Below are positions 27,209-36,538 of a DNA stretch of 64,000 nt, piece after piece; position 1 is the first letter of the stretch; each line of letters begins with the position of its first letter. Both the position numbers and the translations under genes were made by a program. Under the pieces are notes generated by a model, which worked only from the letters and a program-made list of their open reading frames with translations, had not been told where the DNA came from and did no database searches. The DNA lies in the NCBI GenBank assembly GCA_038230375.1, contig JBBRNJ010000013.1, positions 70,577-134,576 on the forward strand, given 5' to 3'. Source of the DNA: Polyangiales bacterium (GTDB lineage Bacteria; Myxococcota_A; Polyangia; Polyangiales; Polyangiaceae).

Positions 27209-29071
27209 TCAGGGGCGTCGATCCCTGCGACGCACGATGAATGCGACGGCCACCGCAAGCGCCGCGAACAGCGAGAGCGGTGGCGCGGACGACGCGTGAG
27301 GAGACGCGGCGCAGGAGAACCACTTCTTCTCGGTCGTGTCGGTGGTCCCAGTTGGACCGGTCGACCCGTTCGCGAAGTGCGGGTTCTTGAGGGCCTTGTT
27401 CTTGGCCTCTGCCTCGAGGCGGGGCGCGGTGGCGAGCAGGCCGCACTTCTCGTCGTAGACCACGCAAGACTGCTGGCCGGCCTCGCGCGTCACCTGCACG
27501 ATGTTGGAGAGCAGCGCCTGGCTCGCCGACGCCTGCACGCGCAGGTCCCGGCTCAGCGCCGCATGGGCAAGGTCGGCCCGCATGCGCGTGACGCGCACGG
27601 TCGGTGCGTGTGTGGACGTGCCGCCGAACAGAACGTCGAGATCTTCCGCGCGCTGCTCGTCGGTACTCTTCTCCGGCGGCCCTGCATCGCGCGGCGTGTC
27701 GATCCGCTTGACCGGAGGGCGCGGCGGCGATTGCTCCATGAACTTGAGCTGGTTTTCCACCGTCGCCGTGGCCAGGTCGAGCGACGACTCGATCTGCCAA
27801 CCTGTGTTGTCGGCGGCCTTCGACTTTGCCGCGCGAATCGTCGCGTAGTTGCTCGACGACGTGGTCCAGTCCCAGACGACATCAGACGCGTCGATCGTGA
27901 AGAAGGGGAAATTCTGCGGCTCGTAGCGTCCTTCGGAGACGACCCAGAGCGTGACTCCCAGGGTCGCGCCCGCGCCGGCAGCCACCATGCGAAGGGGCAA
28001 CGTGACGGATGCACCAGGTGAGGTCACGCGCACGGGCCGCATCGCCTGTACCGTGGCGCCGGGCACGAGCTTCATCGCAAGGAACGCGGACTTCTCGTTG
28101 ACGTACGCGTCGATGATGGTCTGCGCGTCGGGCGTGATCTCGTAGTGGTGCGCGGCCAGCCAGGTGGCAAGCGCCTTTGGATCTGTCGCGCGCAGCTGCA
28201 CCGTCTCGTACGGCCCCACCACCTCGTGCGCGAACACGGTCACACCGCCACCACCACCGCCGGGCGCCGCCCCTGCAAGCGAACCCGACGGCGGAAAGGC
28301 CTGCAGGCAGCTCGGAGGAATGTAGCAGTTCGTCGGTGGCGCAAGGACCTGCACGCCGGTCTGCGTATCGAGCACGCTGAAGAGCTCGTCCGAGCTGAGA
28401 CCGATCGTGACCAGACCGCCGATGGGGAGCACCCATGCGAACGAAGACGGCGAGCCCGTGTAGCGCATCTGGTCGTAGAGCGTGGTCTGCTTGGGCGCGA
28501 CCGCGAAGATCATGCGGTGGTCGGTGACGACCGTCGGGTTCTCCTTTGGCGGGTGAAAGCAACCACCACACGCGGCGGCGCGAGGCTCGGCCGCGAGCAG
28601 TACGCCGACCGAAGCGACCACGGCGACGACGTGACGGGGAGAGACCCGCGCCCGCGCCAGGATAGTGGTCGCGAGACCAAACCCCAGCAGCATGGTCACG
28701 AGGTCGATGAGGTCAAAGACTCCCGGGATGATGTGTGCCGCCTGACCGAGCTCCAGCAGCGCTGTCACCAGCGCGCCGATCGCGAGCCATGCGCGCGTCC
28801 CGATGCGATCGCTCGACCCGCGCCATACGAGCGCGAGTGTTGCTCCGAAAGCGTAGGCCCACGCCGCGTCCGGGAGACTGCCCGTGAGCCACCGCGGTGC
28901 GTGCATGCGCAGAGGAGCGCTGGCGTCGCGAACGACAGCGATGCATGCGTCGAGACCGAGCCAGCGCATCCACGCAAACAGCCTGATGTCCGACTGTCGA
29001 AAGACCACATAGGCCGCGAGGCCCAGCGTGAGCGGAAGAATGACGTGCAGCGCGACGCGAGATTTGTTCAT
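27209..29071 (-). CDS. DUF2330 protein with N-terminal multi-TM domain and MYXO-CTERM-like tail
   Basis: ACGGCF, FAWVLP, VGPYETVQL, LPLRMVAAG; C-terminal FSCAA-hydrophobic-RRR. Confidence 0.8.
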   Translation of the reverse strand: MNKSRVALHVILPLTLGLAAYVVFRQSDIRLFAWMRWLGLDACIAVVRDASAPLRMHAPRWLTGSLPDAAWAYAFGATLALVWRGSSDRIGTRAWLAIGALVTALLELGQAAHIIPGVFDLIDLVTMLLGFGLATTILARARVSPRHVVAVVASVGVLLAAEPRAAACGGCFHPPKENPTVVTDHRMIFAVAPKQTTLYDQMRYTGSPSSFAWVLPIGGLVTIGLSSDELFSVLDTQTGVQVLAPPTNCYIPPSCLQAFPPSGSLAGAAPGGGGGGVTVFAHEVVGPYETVQLRATDPKALATWLAAHHYEITPDAQTIIDAYVNEKSAFLAMKLVPGATVQAMRPVRVTSPGASVTLPLRMVAAGAGATLGVTLWVVSEGRYEPQNFPFFTIDASDVVWDWTTSSSNYATIRAAKSKAADNTGWQIESSLDLATATVENQLKFMEQSPPRPPVKRIDTPRDAGPPEKSTDEQRAEDLDVLFGGTSTHAPTVRVTRMRADLAHAALSRDLRVQASASQALLSNIVQVTREAGQQSCVVYDEKCGLLATAPRLEAEAKNKALKNPHFANGSTGPTGTTDTTEKKWFSCAASPHASSAPPLSLFAALAVAVAFIVRRRDRRP

Positions 29072-29113
29072 CGTACCTTCCAGAGCTCGGTGCAGCCTAC
29101 CACCTCTCGCGGC

Positions 29114-30469
29114 TCAGCTGCCGTGTGCGTTGGCGCGCGGGATACCGATCAAGATCGGCATGTAGTGCTTCGGCATCCCGTCCTTCGAGGACACGAGCGT
29201 GATGAGGATCGCGTCGCCGTCGAGCGCTCCGGTCTTCGTGGGATCGAACGCGACGTGCACGTCTGCCTTCGTGCCGTTCTTGCCGTCCAGCGAACGGGCG
29301 CCATCCGGGCCGAACGTGATGTCCAGGCGGTGCTCGCGGCTCTTCGACCAGACCGCTCCCTCGATCGCACTGAGCGTGAACGCGCCGCCCGTGTCCTTGT
29401 CACTGTAGAATCCCACCTTGAAGTCGACGCGGTTCGTCCGCGAGTCCACGCGGAAGCCCTTGGTGGTGACGCTGGCGACCGTGCTTGTCTTCTTGCCGCG
29501 CTGCGCGACAACCAGGGAGACGTTCTTCATGTCGAGGGGCGTCACGTTGAAGTACGCGGGCGATGCAGCCTCGAAGGGCGCCGCGGGAACGCACGGGTTA
29601 CTTCCAGCGAGCGCCGCCTTGTTCGACCAGAGGCTCTGGACGCGGAACGGGAAGTCACCGCCGAGCGTCACGTTCGCGTCGTCGTAGAATTCGCAGGCGT
29701 CGCCGTTCTCCTCCGCCTTCTCGTTGAAGAGCGACCACGCCAGGTGGTCGTCATCGAAGCCGCTCAGCGCGAGCGTCGCGTCCTGGCTCGTCCACGGGTC
29801 CGTCGCGGCCTCGGCGATCTCGTGAGACGCGGTGTCGGTCACTTCGTCCAGGGTGCCGTTGCCGCAGGCCTCGTAGACGATCGTATAGAGGAGGTGGTCT
29901 TTGCCGCTCACGCTCTCGTCGTGGAAGCCCATGTAGCTGTCGCAGGCGCCAACGGAGCCGTCTCCCGTGGTGAGCGCGACGCTCTTCGGCACGTAGATGA
30001 TGTAGAGGGTCTCGCGCTCCCTTGCGGGCCATCCGCTGCCTTCGGACTTCGCGTGACCCACGACAAAGTCGACGACGTCGGTGTCCAGGACCTTCCCTCT
30101 GCTGACGCGCGGGAGGTCCGATGCGTCCAGGTGCACGTGAAGCGAAGCGTCGCTCCGCGTCGGGCCCACGCCGTACTCGCTCACCGCGGTGCTCCAGAAC
30201 CTGGAGCGACCCAGGCCATCCGAGAATGCCTCGAGCCGCTCACGGTTGGAGTCGCCGGGATAGGTGATGGTGACCAGCGTGGCGTTCTTCAGCACCGGGT
30301 TTCGCGGGTTCTGCTTCAGCGTCGCGATGTCGGGCTTGAACGCCGGGTAGTGACTGGAGGAGAGCGCGTCCTCGGAGACGGAGGCGCCATCCGCATCGCT
30401 CGCGGCGTCGGCAGCGCAGCCCGTGAGCGCGGTGAGCAACAGAGCGACAGTGATGAACGGCGTCTTCAT
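29114..30469 (-). CDS. Hypothetical lipoprotein
   Basis: LTGC lipobox; GFH, SHEIAEAATDP, ENGDAC, VQSLWSN motifs. Confidence 0.75.
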   Translation of the reverse strand: MKTPFITVALLLTALTGCAADAASDADGASVSEDALSSSHYPAFKPDIATLKQNPRNPVLKNATLVTITYPGDSNRERLEAFSDGLGRSRFWSTAVSEYGVGPTRSDASLHVHLDASDLPRVSRGKVLDTDVVDFVVGHAKSEGSGWPARERETLYIIYVPKSVALTTGDGSVGACDSYMGFHDESVSGKDHLLYTIVYEACGNGTLDEVTDTASHEIAEAATDPWTSQDATLALSGFDDDHLAWSLFNEKAEENGDACEFYDDANVTLGGDFPFRVQSLWSNKAALAGSNPCVPAAPFEAASPAYFNVTPLDMKNVSLVVAQRGKKTSTVASVTTKGFRVDSRTNRVDFKVGFYSDKDTGGAFTLSAIEGAVWSKSREHRLDITFGPDGARSLDGKNGTKADVHVAFDPTKTGALDGDAILITLVSSKDGMPKHYMPILIGIPRANAHGS

Positions 30470-30566
30470 GGCGGCGGACCTTCCTCACGTTGGGGCACAG
30501 ACGCCGATGTTGTGCGCCGGCTTCTCCAGATGCGCCGTGCACCGATTTGGATGTAGTGTTCTCGAA

Positions 30567-31421
30567 ATGGAAACAGACCGGCTGCGGTGGTTCTTGGCGG
30601 TGACGGCGCGCGGGGGAATCCGTGATGCTGCCGCGCGGTTGCACGTCTCACCGGGCGCGGTCAGCAAGGCCATGACGGACCTGGAGGCGACGCTCGGCCG
30701 CCGGCTCTTCGTGAGGTCGAAGCGCGGCTTCAGCCTGACCGAAGGCGGCGAGTTTCTCCGCGCGCACGCGCTCGAGCTCCTCCGGCTCGAGGACGATCTG
30801 GTGGATGGCCTCTCCGGCGGCGAGGCCTCACGGCGCCTCCTCCTCTTCGGAACGGAGCCGCTTGTGGCGCTGCATTTCGCGGAGGTCCTTCAGATCGTCG
30901 CGAAGCGATTCCCGGACGCCACGCTCGAGGTCAGGGTCACGAAGGACGACGGCGAGACGCGGGCGGCCTTCGCCGACGAGACCTCGGGCCTGGGCGTGGT
31001 GTCCGAGGTCTCACGCGCCGAGCCCTCACGCAAGCTCACGCGCGCGCCGTTCGGAACCTATGTCGGACTCACGCACCCGCTCGCCTCGCGCGCCATCGCG
31101 GGCGTTCCCGTGGAGGAGGTGATCGCATTCGCGTTCATGGTGCCGGAGCGCGAGGTCTTTGGCGTGATGGGGAAGGCGATGAGTCACGACGGTTGGCGCG
31201 ACGACATGTTTCCGCGAAAGAAACGAATACCGGCATCCACGCTGGCGGTCGTACAGGCATGCATCGAGGCAGGCCACGCGATCGCGTACGTGCCCGTGGC
31301 GCTCGCGGAGCGGATGCGGGCGGTCAAGGTGAAGGTCACCGGTTGCCCCTACTCCTGCACGTGCGAGGCAAACCTGGTTCGCCCGGGGAGCGCGCGCGGC
31401 TGGGTGCGGCAGGTTCTGTGA
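30567..31421 (+). CDS. LysR-family transcriptional regulator
   Basis: LRWFLAV...AAARLHVSPGAVSKAMTDLE...LFVR...LTEGG; divergent from the lipoprotein gene. Confidence 0.9.
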   Translation: METDRLRWFLAVTARGGIRDAAARLHVSPGAVSKAMTDLEATLGRRLFVRSKRGFSLTEGGEFLRAHALELLRLEDDLVDGLSGGEASRRLLLFGTEPLVALHFAEVLQIVAKRFPDATLEVRVTKDDGETRAAFADETSGLGVVSEVSRAEPSRKLTRAPFGTYVGLTHPLASRAIAGVPVEEVIAFAFMVPEREVFGVMGKAMSHDGWRDDMFPRKKRIPASTLAVVQACIEAGHAIAYVPVALAERMRAVKVKVTGCPYSCTCEANLVRPGSARGWVRQVL

Positions 31422-31445
31422 TGGCGCGAGGGCGCGCTACCAGCC

Positions 31446-31874
31446 TCAGCGCAGGTACAGCATCACGTAGATCACCATGCCCGTCGTGGCAGCGTACGCC
31501 CAGAGCGGCAACGCCATCCGTGCCACCTGCCGATGCGCCTCGTACCGTCGTGTCAGCGCGAGTCCGAACGTCACCGTGACGAGGGGCACGCTGACCACCG
31601 CGATCGGCTCGTGGCTGAGCCACGCAACAAGGAAGAGCACACGCACCACGCCTTCGCCGTGGAATTCGGTGATCCCGAACATGACGAAGCGGGTCGCGAA
31701 CGTGGCCAGGAACAGCGCGGACAACCCAAACGCGATCTTCATCGCGCGCGCATGACGACGGACCTGTCGCTTCTTGATCGCGCGAAAGCCCACCGCCATT
31801 GCGCACAGCGCGCCAGCTACGAAGCAGGTGTCCATCAGGGCCATTGCGGACGAGAGGGCCTGGGGCTGGGTCAC
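31446..31874 (-). CDS. DUF420 (CtaM/YozB-like) membrane protein (start uncertain)
   Basis: Four TMs; IKK...HARAM, SALFL, SH, HRQVAR..LPLWAY...TG motifs. Confidence 0.8.
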   Translation of the reverse strand: MTQPQALSSAMALMDTCFVAGALCAMAVGFRAIKKRQVRRHARAMKIAFGLSALFLATFATRFVMFGITEFHGEGVVRVLFLVAWLSHEPIAVVSVPLVTVTFGLALTRRYEAHRQVARMALPLWAYAATTGMVIYVMLYLR

Positions 31875-31884
31875 GTCGTTCCGG

Positions 31885-33309
31885 CTATGCAGCAGCTCTT
31901 GCTGCAATGCCGACCTGCCGACACACCATCAACGTCACGTCGTCGTCGGGCCTGTCCATCGACCAGGCCAGGGCTGCGGTCACGATCGTCTCGCAGATTA
32001 TTTCAACGCTCTCGCCCGACGCCTTCTCCACCAGGTCGCACAGGCGCGGCAAGCCAAACTGCTCGCGCTTGTCGTTGCGGCTCTCGGTGAGGCCGTCCGT
32101 GTACAGCACCAGGAGGTCGCCTTCGCCGAGCGCGATCGTCGTCTCCACCGTGGCTGCCGCGATGTCCTCGATGGCGCCGAGCCAGGTCCCCTTGACCGGA
32201 ATCAGCTCGCATTTTCTCGTCTTCGCGCGCCACACGATCGCCTCTTCGTGCGCGCCGGCGCACACGATGTGGCCGTACTCGCGGTAGTGGAGCAGCGACA
32301 TGGTCATGTGCTCCTCCGAGCCAAGGCGGTTGCGGACGTTCTCGAACAAGACGCGATTCACGCCGCAAAGCACGGAGCTCGGTGAGTCCTCGGGCACGCT
32401 GCGGATCAGCGCCTCTGCGGCGCTCTGCGCTTGCAACATGACCAGGCCCGCCCGCAGGCCGTGGCCTGCCACGTCTCCAATGCCGATCCAGCAGCCGTCC
32501 TTGGTTGGGAGGATCTCGTAGTAGTCGCCACCGACCTCCGTGGCGGGCACCATCTTTGCGGCCACATCCAGTCCGCTGACCTTGAGGCGCCGAGGCAGGA
32601 TCGAGGTCTGGATGGTGGAGGCGATCTCCATTTCCCGCTCCAGGCGGTCCACGAATTCGATGTGGGCCTGCTGCGCCGCAGACGTCTTCAGCTCGGTGAC
32701 GCTCGTGATGCACGAGATGAGCAAAAAGATGTCCTCGAAGACAACCCAACCTGCGTGCTCCAGGAAGCGCCACGACTCGGGCACAAGGACGCCAAAGACC
32801 GACTCCGGCCAGTACATCTGCCGCAAGAAGTGGTCAGCGGCGACGACGACCGTGGCGGGGACAAGGACGCGCCAGTCACGGTAGAAGGACAAGAACGCAA
32901 GCGACCCGAACACGTGGAAGTGCGTCTCGATGCGCCCACCGCTCAGGTGAATCAGGAGCGCGGACCACAGCATCTGCGCGACGGCGATCACCATGCGCGT
33001 CGTCTCCCAGCCCGGGCGCTTGAGGGCCAGAAGGACGGGCATCGCCGTGATGAGCCCGCCCAGGAACACCGCGATGAAGACGTGCGAGTGGACCGTGTGC
33101 GTCTTGCCGGCCCACGCGTACGGCGAAACCGTGACCGCCAGGATGATCCCCGCGACCCACTGCAGCATCATGAGATAGGCGAAGAGTCGATCGACCCGCT
33201 TGTGGGAGGCCAGGAAGCGCTCCTCGAACAGGGCCGTGCCCCGCGCCCGCTCGGTGACCTTCTGGTCGGAGACGGCGCCAAGAACTGGTTTCGCTGCACT
33301 GTTTGTCAT
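31885..33309 (-). CDS. Membrane sensor (RedC-type multi-TM domain) fused to PP2C/SpoIIE phosphatase
   Basis: TM domain LIHLSGGRIETHFHVF...LEHAGWVVFED; GGDYY, DVAGHG, YTDG, DDVT; ATGA overlap with redB. Confidence 0.9.
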   Translation of the reverse strand: MTNSAAKPVLGAVSDQKVTERARGTALFEERFLASHKRVDRLFAYLMMLQWVAGIILAVTVSPYAWAGKTHTVHSHVFIAVFLGGLITAMPVLLALKRPGWETTRMVIAVAQMLWSALLIHLSGGRIETHFHVFGSLAFLSFYRDWRVLVPATVVVAADHFLRQMYWPESVFGVLVPESWRFLEHAGWVVFEDIFLLISCITSVTELKTSAAQQAHIEFVDRLEREMEIASTIQTSILPRRLKVSGLDVAAKMVPATEVGGDYYEILPTKDGCWIGIGDVAGHGLRAGLVMLQAQSAAEALIRSVPEDSPSSVLCGVNRVLFENVRNRLGSEEHMTMSLLHYREYGHIVCAGAHEEAIVWRAKTRKCELIPVKGTWLGAIEDIAAATVETTIALGEGDLLVLYTDGLTESRNDKREQFGLPRLCDLVEKASGESVEIICETIVTAALAWSMDRPDDDVTLMVCRQVGIAARAAA

Positions 33310-33929
33310 TGCCGGCTCCGCTGCTCTCCGATGTCGCACCCGAAGGTGGGGCCGTCGCGTCGATCGGCCACTTGTCCTTGCAGCAACGCCAGCACCCGTG
33401 AACGTCCCGCGTTGTCGCCCTCGTGGCCGCGGGCGCCGGTGATGCCGCCGTGGTAGAGCAACGCCCCGTCCACGTCGTAGAGCAGTGTCTCGCCGGACAC
33501 GTGGGCGCCGAACCGCTTTGCCGAAGCAGCGCCAATGTCCGAATGCACGTGGACGCCAGGAAGCTGCGACGCGCGCGCATAGGTATCACTGCGTTCCCAG
33601 CCGTCGGGCGTGCCAGTAGGGCGAACGAACAGCACGTGCACGTCGGCGTTCTGTCCGCCTGACGAGAGGAGCCGCTCAAGCTCGGAGATGCTGGCGCGGG
33701 TACATGCGCATTTCGGGTGGGCGATCATCACCAGCGTGGGCCGCCCTTCCGCTCGCGGGAAGTCCAGGCCAGTTGGCCAGCGCGCGGGCGCATCGGCGGG
33801 CGCGCCACCAGTCATCTTGTAGCGCCACATGAGTGCGCCCGATGCAAGCACGAGAATCAGCCACACCAGGGTCAGGGCCTTGAAGAGCCGGTCACTGCGT
33901 GCGCGGATCGCAGTGTTCTTGTCGATCAT
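33306..33929 (-). CDS. redB: RedB-like thioredoxin-fold exported protein
   Basis: N-terminal TM, HPKCACTRAS, GGITGARGHEG, TFGC; upstream of a RedC-type sensor. Confidence 0.7.
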   Translation of the reverse strand: MIDKNTAIRARSDRLFKALTLVWLILVLASGALMWRYKMTGGAPADAPARWPTGLDFPRAEGRPTLVMIAHPKCACTRASISELERLLSSGGQNADVHVLFVRPTGTPDGWERSDTYARASQLPGVHVHSDIGAASAKRFGAHVSGETLLYDVDGALLYHGGITGARGHEGDNAGRSRVLALLQGQVADRRDGPTFGCDIGEQRSRQ

Positions 33930-35470
33930 ACAGACCACTTGTGCAGCGAGCCGAGATGCTCCGGCCTCACCAGCACACACTCGACTGAATCCACGACGAC
34001 GATCTCTGCGAGCTCGGACGGGGGCGTCGCGCAGATCCGCTCGGCGAGCGCGTCACCCGTGTAGCGGCCCTGGTAGATCCATACGCTGGTCTTTCCGCGC
34101 TCGAGCCGGAGCCCGTGCGACGGGAGCGCAACCGAGGTGACACCAAGCCCGAGCGCTTGCAGGACGTCGCGCCCCACCTCCGCAGCGCTGGCCCCCGCAG
34201 TCTCCGCGGCGCCGAGCAGCCACGTCGCAGGCACAACGATGCGTATCGGCGAGCCGGCCACCTCGAGGCAATGCACGGTCATCCGTGACTTTGCGCGCGG
34301 GAACGTCATACGAGCGAGCGTTCCGCGGCCCGGCACGGACTCGAGCGTCACGCACCCGCCCGCTTCCTCGATGTGCACCTTGACCGCGTCGAGCCCCACG
34401 CCACGACCAGATACATCCGTGATGACGTCTGCCGTCGAGAAGCCTTGCTTGAAGAGAAGCTCGCCGAGCTCCGATGTGCTCGCGTCCTTGGCGCGCTCTT
34501 CGCTCATGATGCCGCGCTGGACCGCGAGACGTGCGACCCGTGCCCAGTCGACACCGCGGCCGTCGTCGGAGACGGAGATCTCTGCGTCGTCGCCGCCGTC
34601 GTTCACCTCTGACACCGTGATGGTGAGGCGCGCCGCGCCGGTCTTGTGTTCTCGTAGCCGATCCGCGGCGGGCTCGATGCCGTGATCGATCGCGTTGCGA
34701 ACCAGGTGCAGCAAGGCGGTGTCGACAGCCTCCGCCACCTCCGGCGAGACGCGGATCCCCGTCCGTGAATCCAGCTCGACGTGGACGTCTTTGCGAAGTG
34801 AGTGCGAAAGCTCCTTGGCCGCGCGAAGATGCCGAGCCGTGATCGCATCCAGAGGTACGGCTGTGGCCTCCAGCACCGTCTCTGAGAGCGCCGTCCACGC
34901 GTCGTGCAGCCGCTGATGCGAGCTTCCCGTCGAGCGCGCTGCCTCCAGGAACACCTTTGTCGCGGCCGTGCAAAGCCGATCGCGGGCGCGCTCCGTCAGG
35001 CGGTTTGGACGTCCTCTCTCCACCACTGCAGCGACGCGAGGCTCTGACTCCACGCTGACGCCGAGAGACTCACGAGCCTCGATGAGGACGGAGTCCAGCT
35101 CGCGGATGAAGCCATCCAGATCCACGCCTGCGGGAGTCGCGCCGGGCTTGTTCATGACGAGCATGGCGACGAACCGCAGGCCCATCGTCATCATCAGGTT
35201 CAGCGTCTCCGGAACGTGGAAGAGACGCCCCTCCGCGACCGCGAAGAGATCCTCGAGCCGATGGCAGACCAGGCTCACCTCGGGGAAGCCCACCATGCGT
35301 GCGTCGCCCTTCAGCGTGTGCAGGTGCCGCCGGACGAGCTCCGCCTCCGCGGCCTCCGCGCGCCCTTCCACGAGCCCGAGCCAGGAGCTCTCCACGCGCT
35401 CGATCTTCTCGGCTGCCGAAGTCCGAAAGCGATTGACCAGCGTCGCTGGGATTGCGAGCGTCAAGCTCAC
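33926..35470 (-). CDS. cheA: CheA-like kinase (Hpt + HATPase, degenerate P5)
   Basis: HTLKG Hpt; HLVRNAIDHG, DDGRG, FKQGFST, SGRGVGLD; GTGA/ATGA overlaps on both sides. Confidence 0.85.
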   Translation of the reverse strand: MSLTLAIPATLVNRFRTSAAEKIERVESSWLGLVEGRAEAAEAELVRRHLHTLKGDARMVGFPEVSLVCHRLEDLFAVAEGRLFHVPETLNLMMTMGLRFVAMLVMNKPGATPAGVDLDGFIRELDSVLIEARESLGVSVESEPRVAAVVERGRPNRLTERARDRLCTAATKVFLEAARSTGSSHQRLHDAWTALSETVLEATAVPLDAITARHLRAAKELSHSLRKDVHVELDSRTGIRVSPEVAEAVDTALLHLVRNAIDHGIEPAADRLREHKTGAARLTITVSEVNDGGDDAEISVSDDGRGVDWARVARLAVQRGIMSEERAKDASTSELGELLFKQGFSTADVITDVSGRGVGLDAVKVHIEEAGGCVTLESVPGRGTLARMTFPRAKSRMTVHCLEVAGSPIRIVVPATWLLGAAETAGASAAEVGRDVLQALGLGVTSVALPSHGLRLERGKTSVWIYQGRYTGDALAERICATPPSELAEIVVVDSVECVLVRPEHLGSLHKWSV

Positions 35471-35856
35471 GACTCGATCGTGATCAGCTCGGTTGCAAAG
35501 CACTGAAGGGCGTGAAGGCTTCGCCGCTGCCACAGTGACGCCTGGTTGGATTGGATGCGAATCCGGTACCGTGACTCCTCCGGTGTGTCGCGCACGCGCG
35601 TGACCCACCCAATGAGCTTGGTGAAGCAGGACGAGCTCATGAAGTTGACCTTTCGCAGGTCCAGTACGACCTCCTTCGCGCCGCGACTCTCCGCGAGCGC
35701 GTGAGCGCCCTGCAGGAACGACTCGATGACGTGGAGAGCGGCGGTGTCGGCCTCGCCGGTGAAGAGGAGATGGAGCGCGTCCTTCTCGTGGCTTTGCTTC
35801 GCCGTGAAGGTTCCGACGTCAACGTCGAGAAGCGGCGTAGTGTTGCTGTCGGTCAT
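35467..35856 (-). CDS. STAS/SiaC-like phospho-switch protein (paralog 1)
   Basis: LDLRKVNFMSSSCF, analogous to the SpoIIAA FMDSS loop; WQRRSL. Confidence 0.75.
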   Translation of the reverse strand: MTDSNTTPLLDVDVGTFTAKQSHEKDALHLLFTGEADTAALHVIESFLQGAHALAESRGAKEVVLDLRKVNFMSSSCFTKLIGWVTRVRDTPEESRYRIRIQSNQASLWQRRSLHALQCFATELITIES

Positions 35857-36368
35857 GCCGCCACCACCGCAGATATGGTGGTTCGTGCGTCGATGGTGAG
35901 CTCTTCACCCTCGATCGCGAAGTCGACGGACATGTCCGCTTCGGAGCGAATCCGTCCCAGGCCAAGCCCGGAGCCTTCGGTCCGCGTTGACGCCCGCCGC
36001 ATCAGCTCCTGATAGTACGCGAACATGTCGGGCGCCGCGTTCGCCTCCTGGAAGCGCTCCTTGACAATGCTGCGGTTCTCCGCGGTCGTGCGATTCTTGG
36101 TCCGCACGAGCACGTTGCGCGGAGTGCCGACCTGGTCGACCTCGATCGAGAGCAACGTCTCGCCGTCGGAGGAGTACTTCACTGCGTTCTCGAGGAGCTC
36201 GTGCGTCACCATGGCCAGACGCTCGGTGACCTCCAGATCGTGGATGATGCGCTCGTAGAACGCCGATACGAATCGGCGCACCACCGAGACAAGCTCCACG
36301 TTCGGCCTGAATCGCAATTCGAAGTAGGCGGGGCGCTGGTCGTGCTCGCCTTCTGGGATCGTTGTCAT
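35853..36368 (-). CDS. GHKL anti-sigma/SiaB-like Ser kinase (paralog 1)
   Basis: HELLENAVKY N-box; GSGLGLGRI G-box; no His-kinase H-box. Confidence 0.8.
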   Translation of the reverse strand: MTTIPEGEHDQRPAYFELRFRPNVELVSVVRRFVSAFYERIIHDLEVTERLAMVTHELLENAVKYSSDGETLLSIEVDQVGTPRNVLVRTKNRTTAENRSIVKERFQEANAAPDMFAYYQELMRRASTRTEGSGLGLGRIRSEADMSVDFAIEGEELTIDARTTISAVVAA

Positions 36369-36538
36369 GCTGCCTCTCGGCCCCCCCGAGACGTCAACTG
36401 CAAGCATTCATTCTTGGTCCCGATCGCGCGCTGACGCAAGAGCTGTCGCACGCCAAGCGAGCTTTTTTCTCGACCGATCAATCAATCCATCTGGTCACAT
36501 TCATTGCCACCCCCGCACACCTTGCGGGTTTACGAGCG

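Noticed and set aside
28145..30556. Long alternative ORFs (e.g. 28145-30556 +, 1315-3021 +, 7992-9608 -, 12238-14100 -, 46670-48220 +)
   Set aside because: Antisense shadows of motif-bearing genes, expected in high-GC DNA; Arg/Ala-rich with no recognisable motifs.
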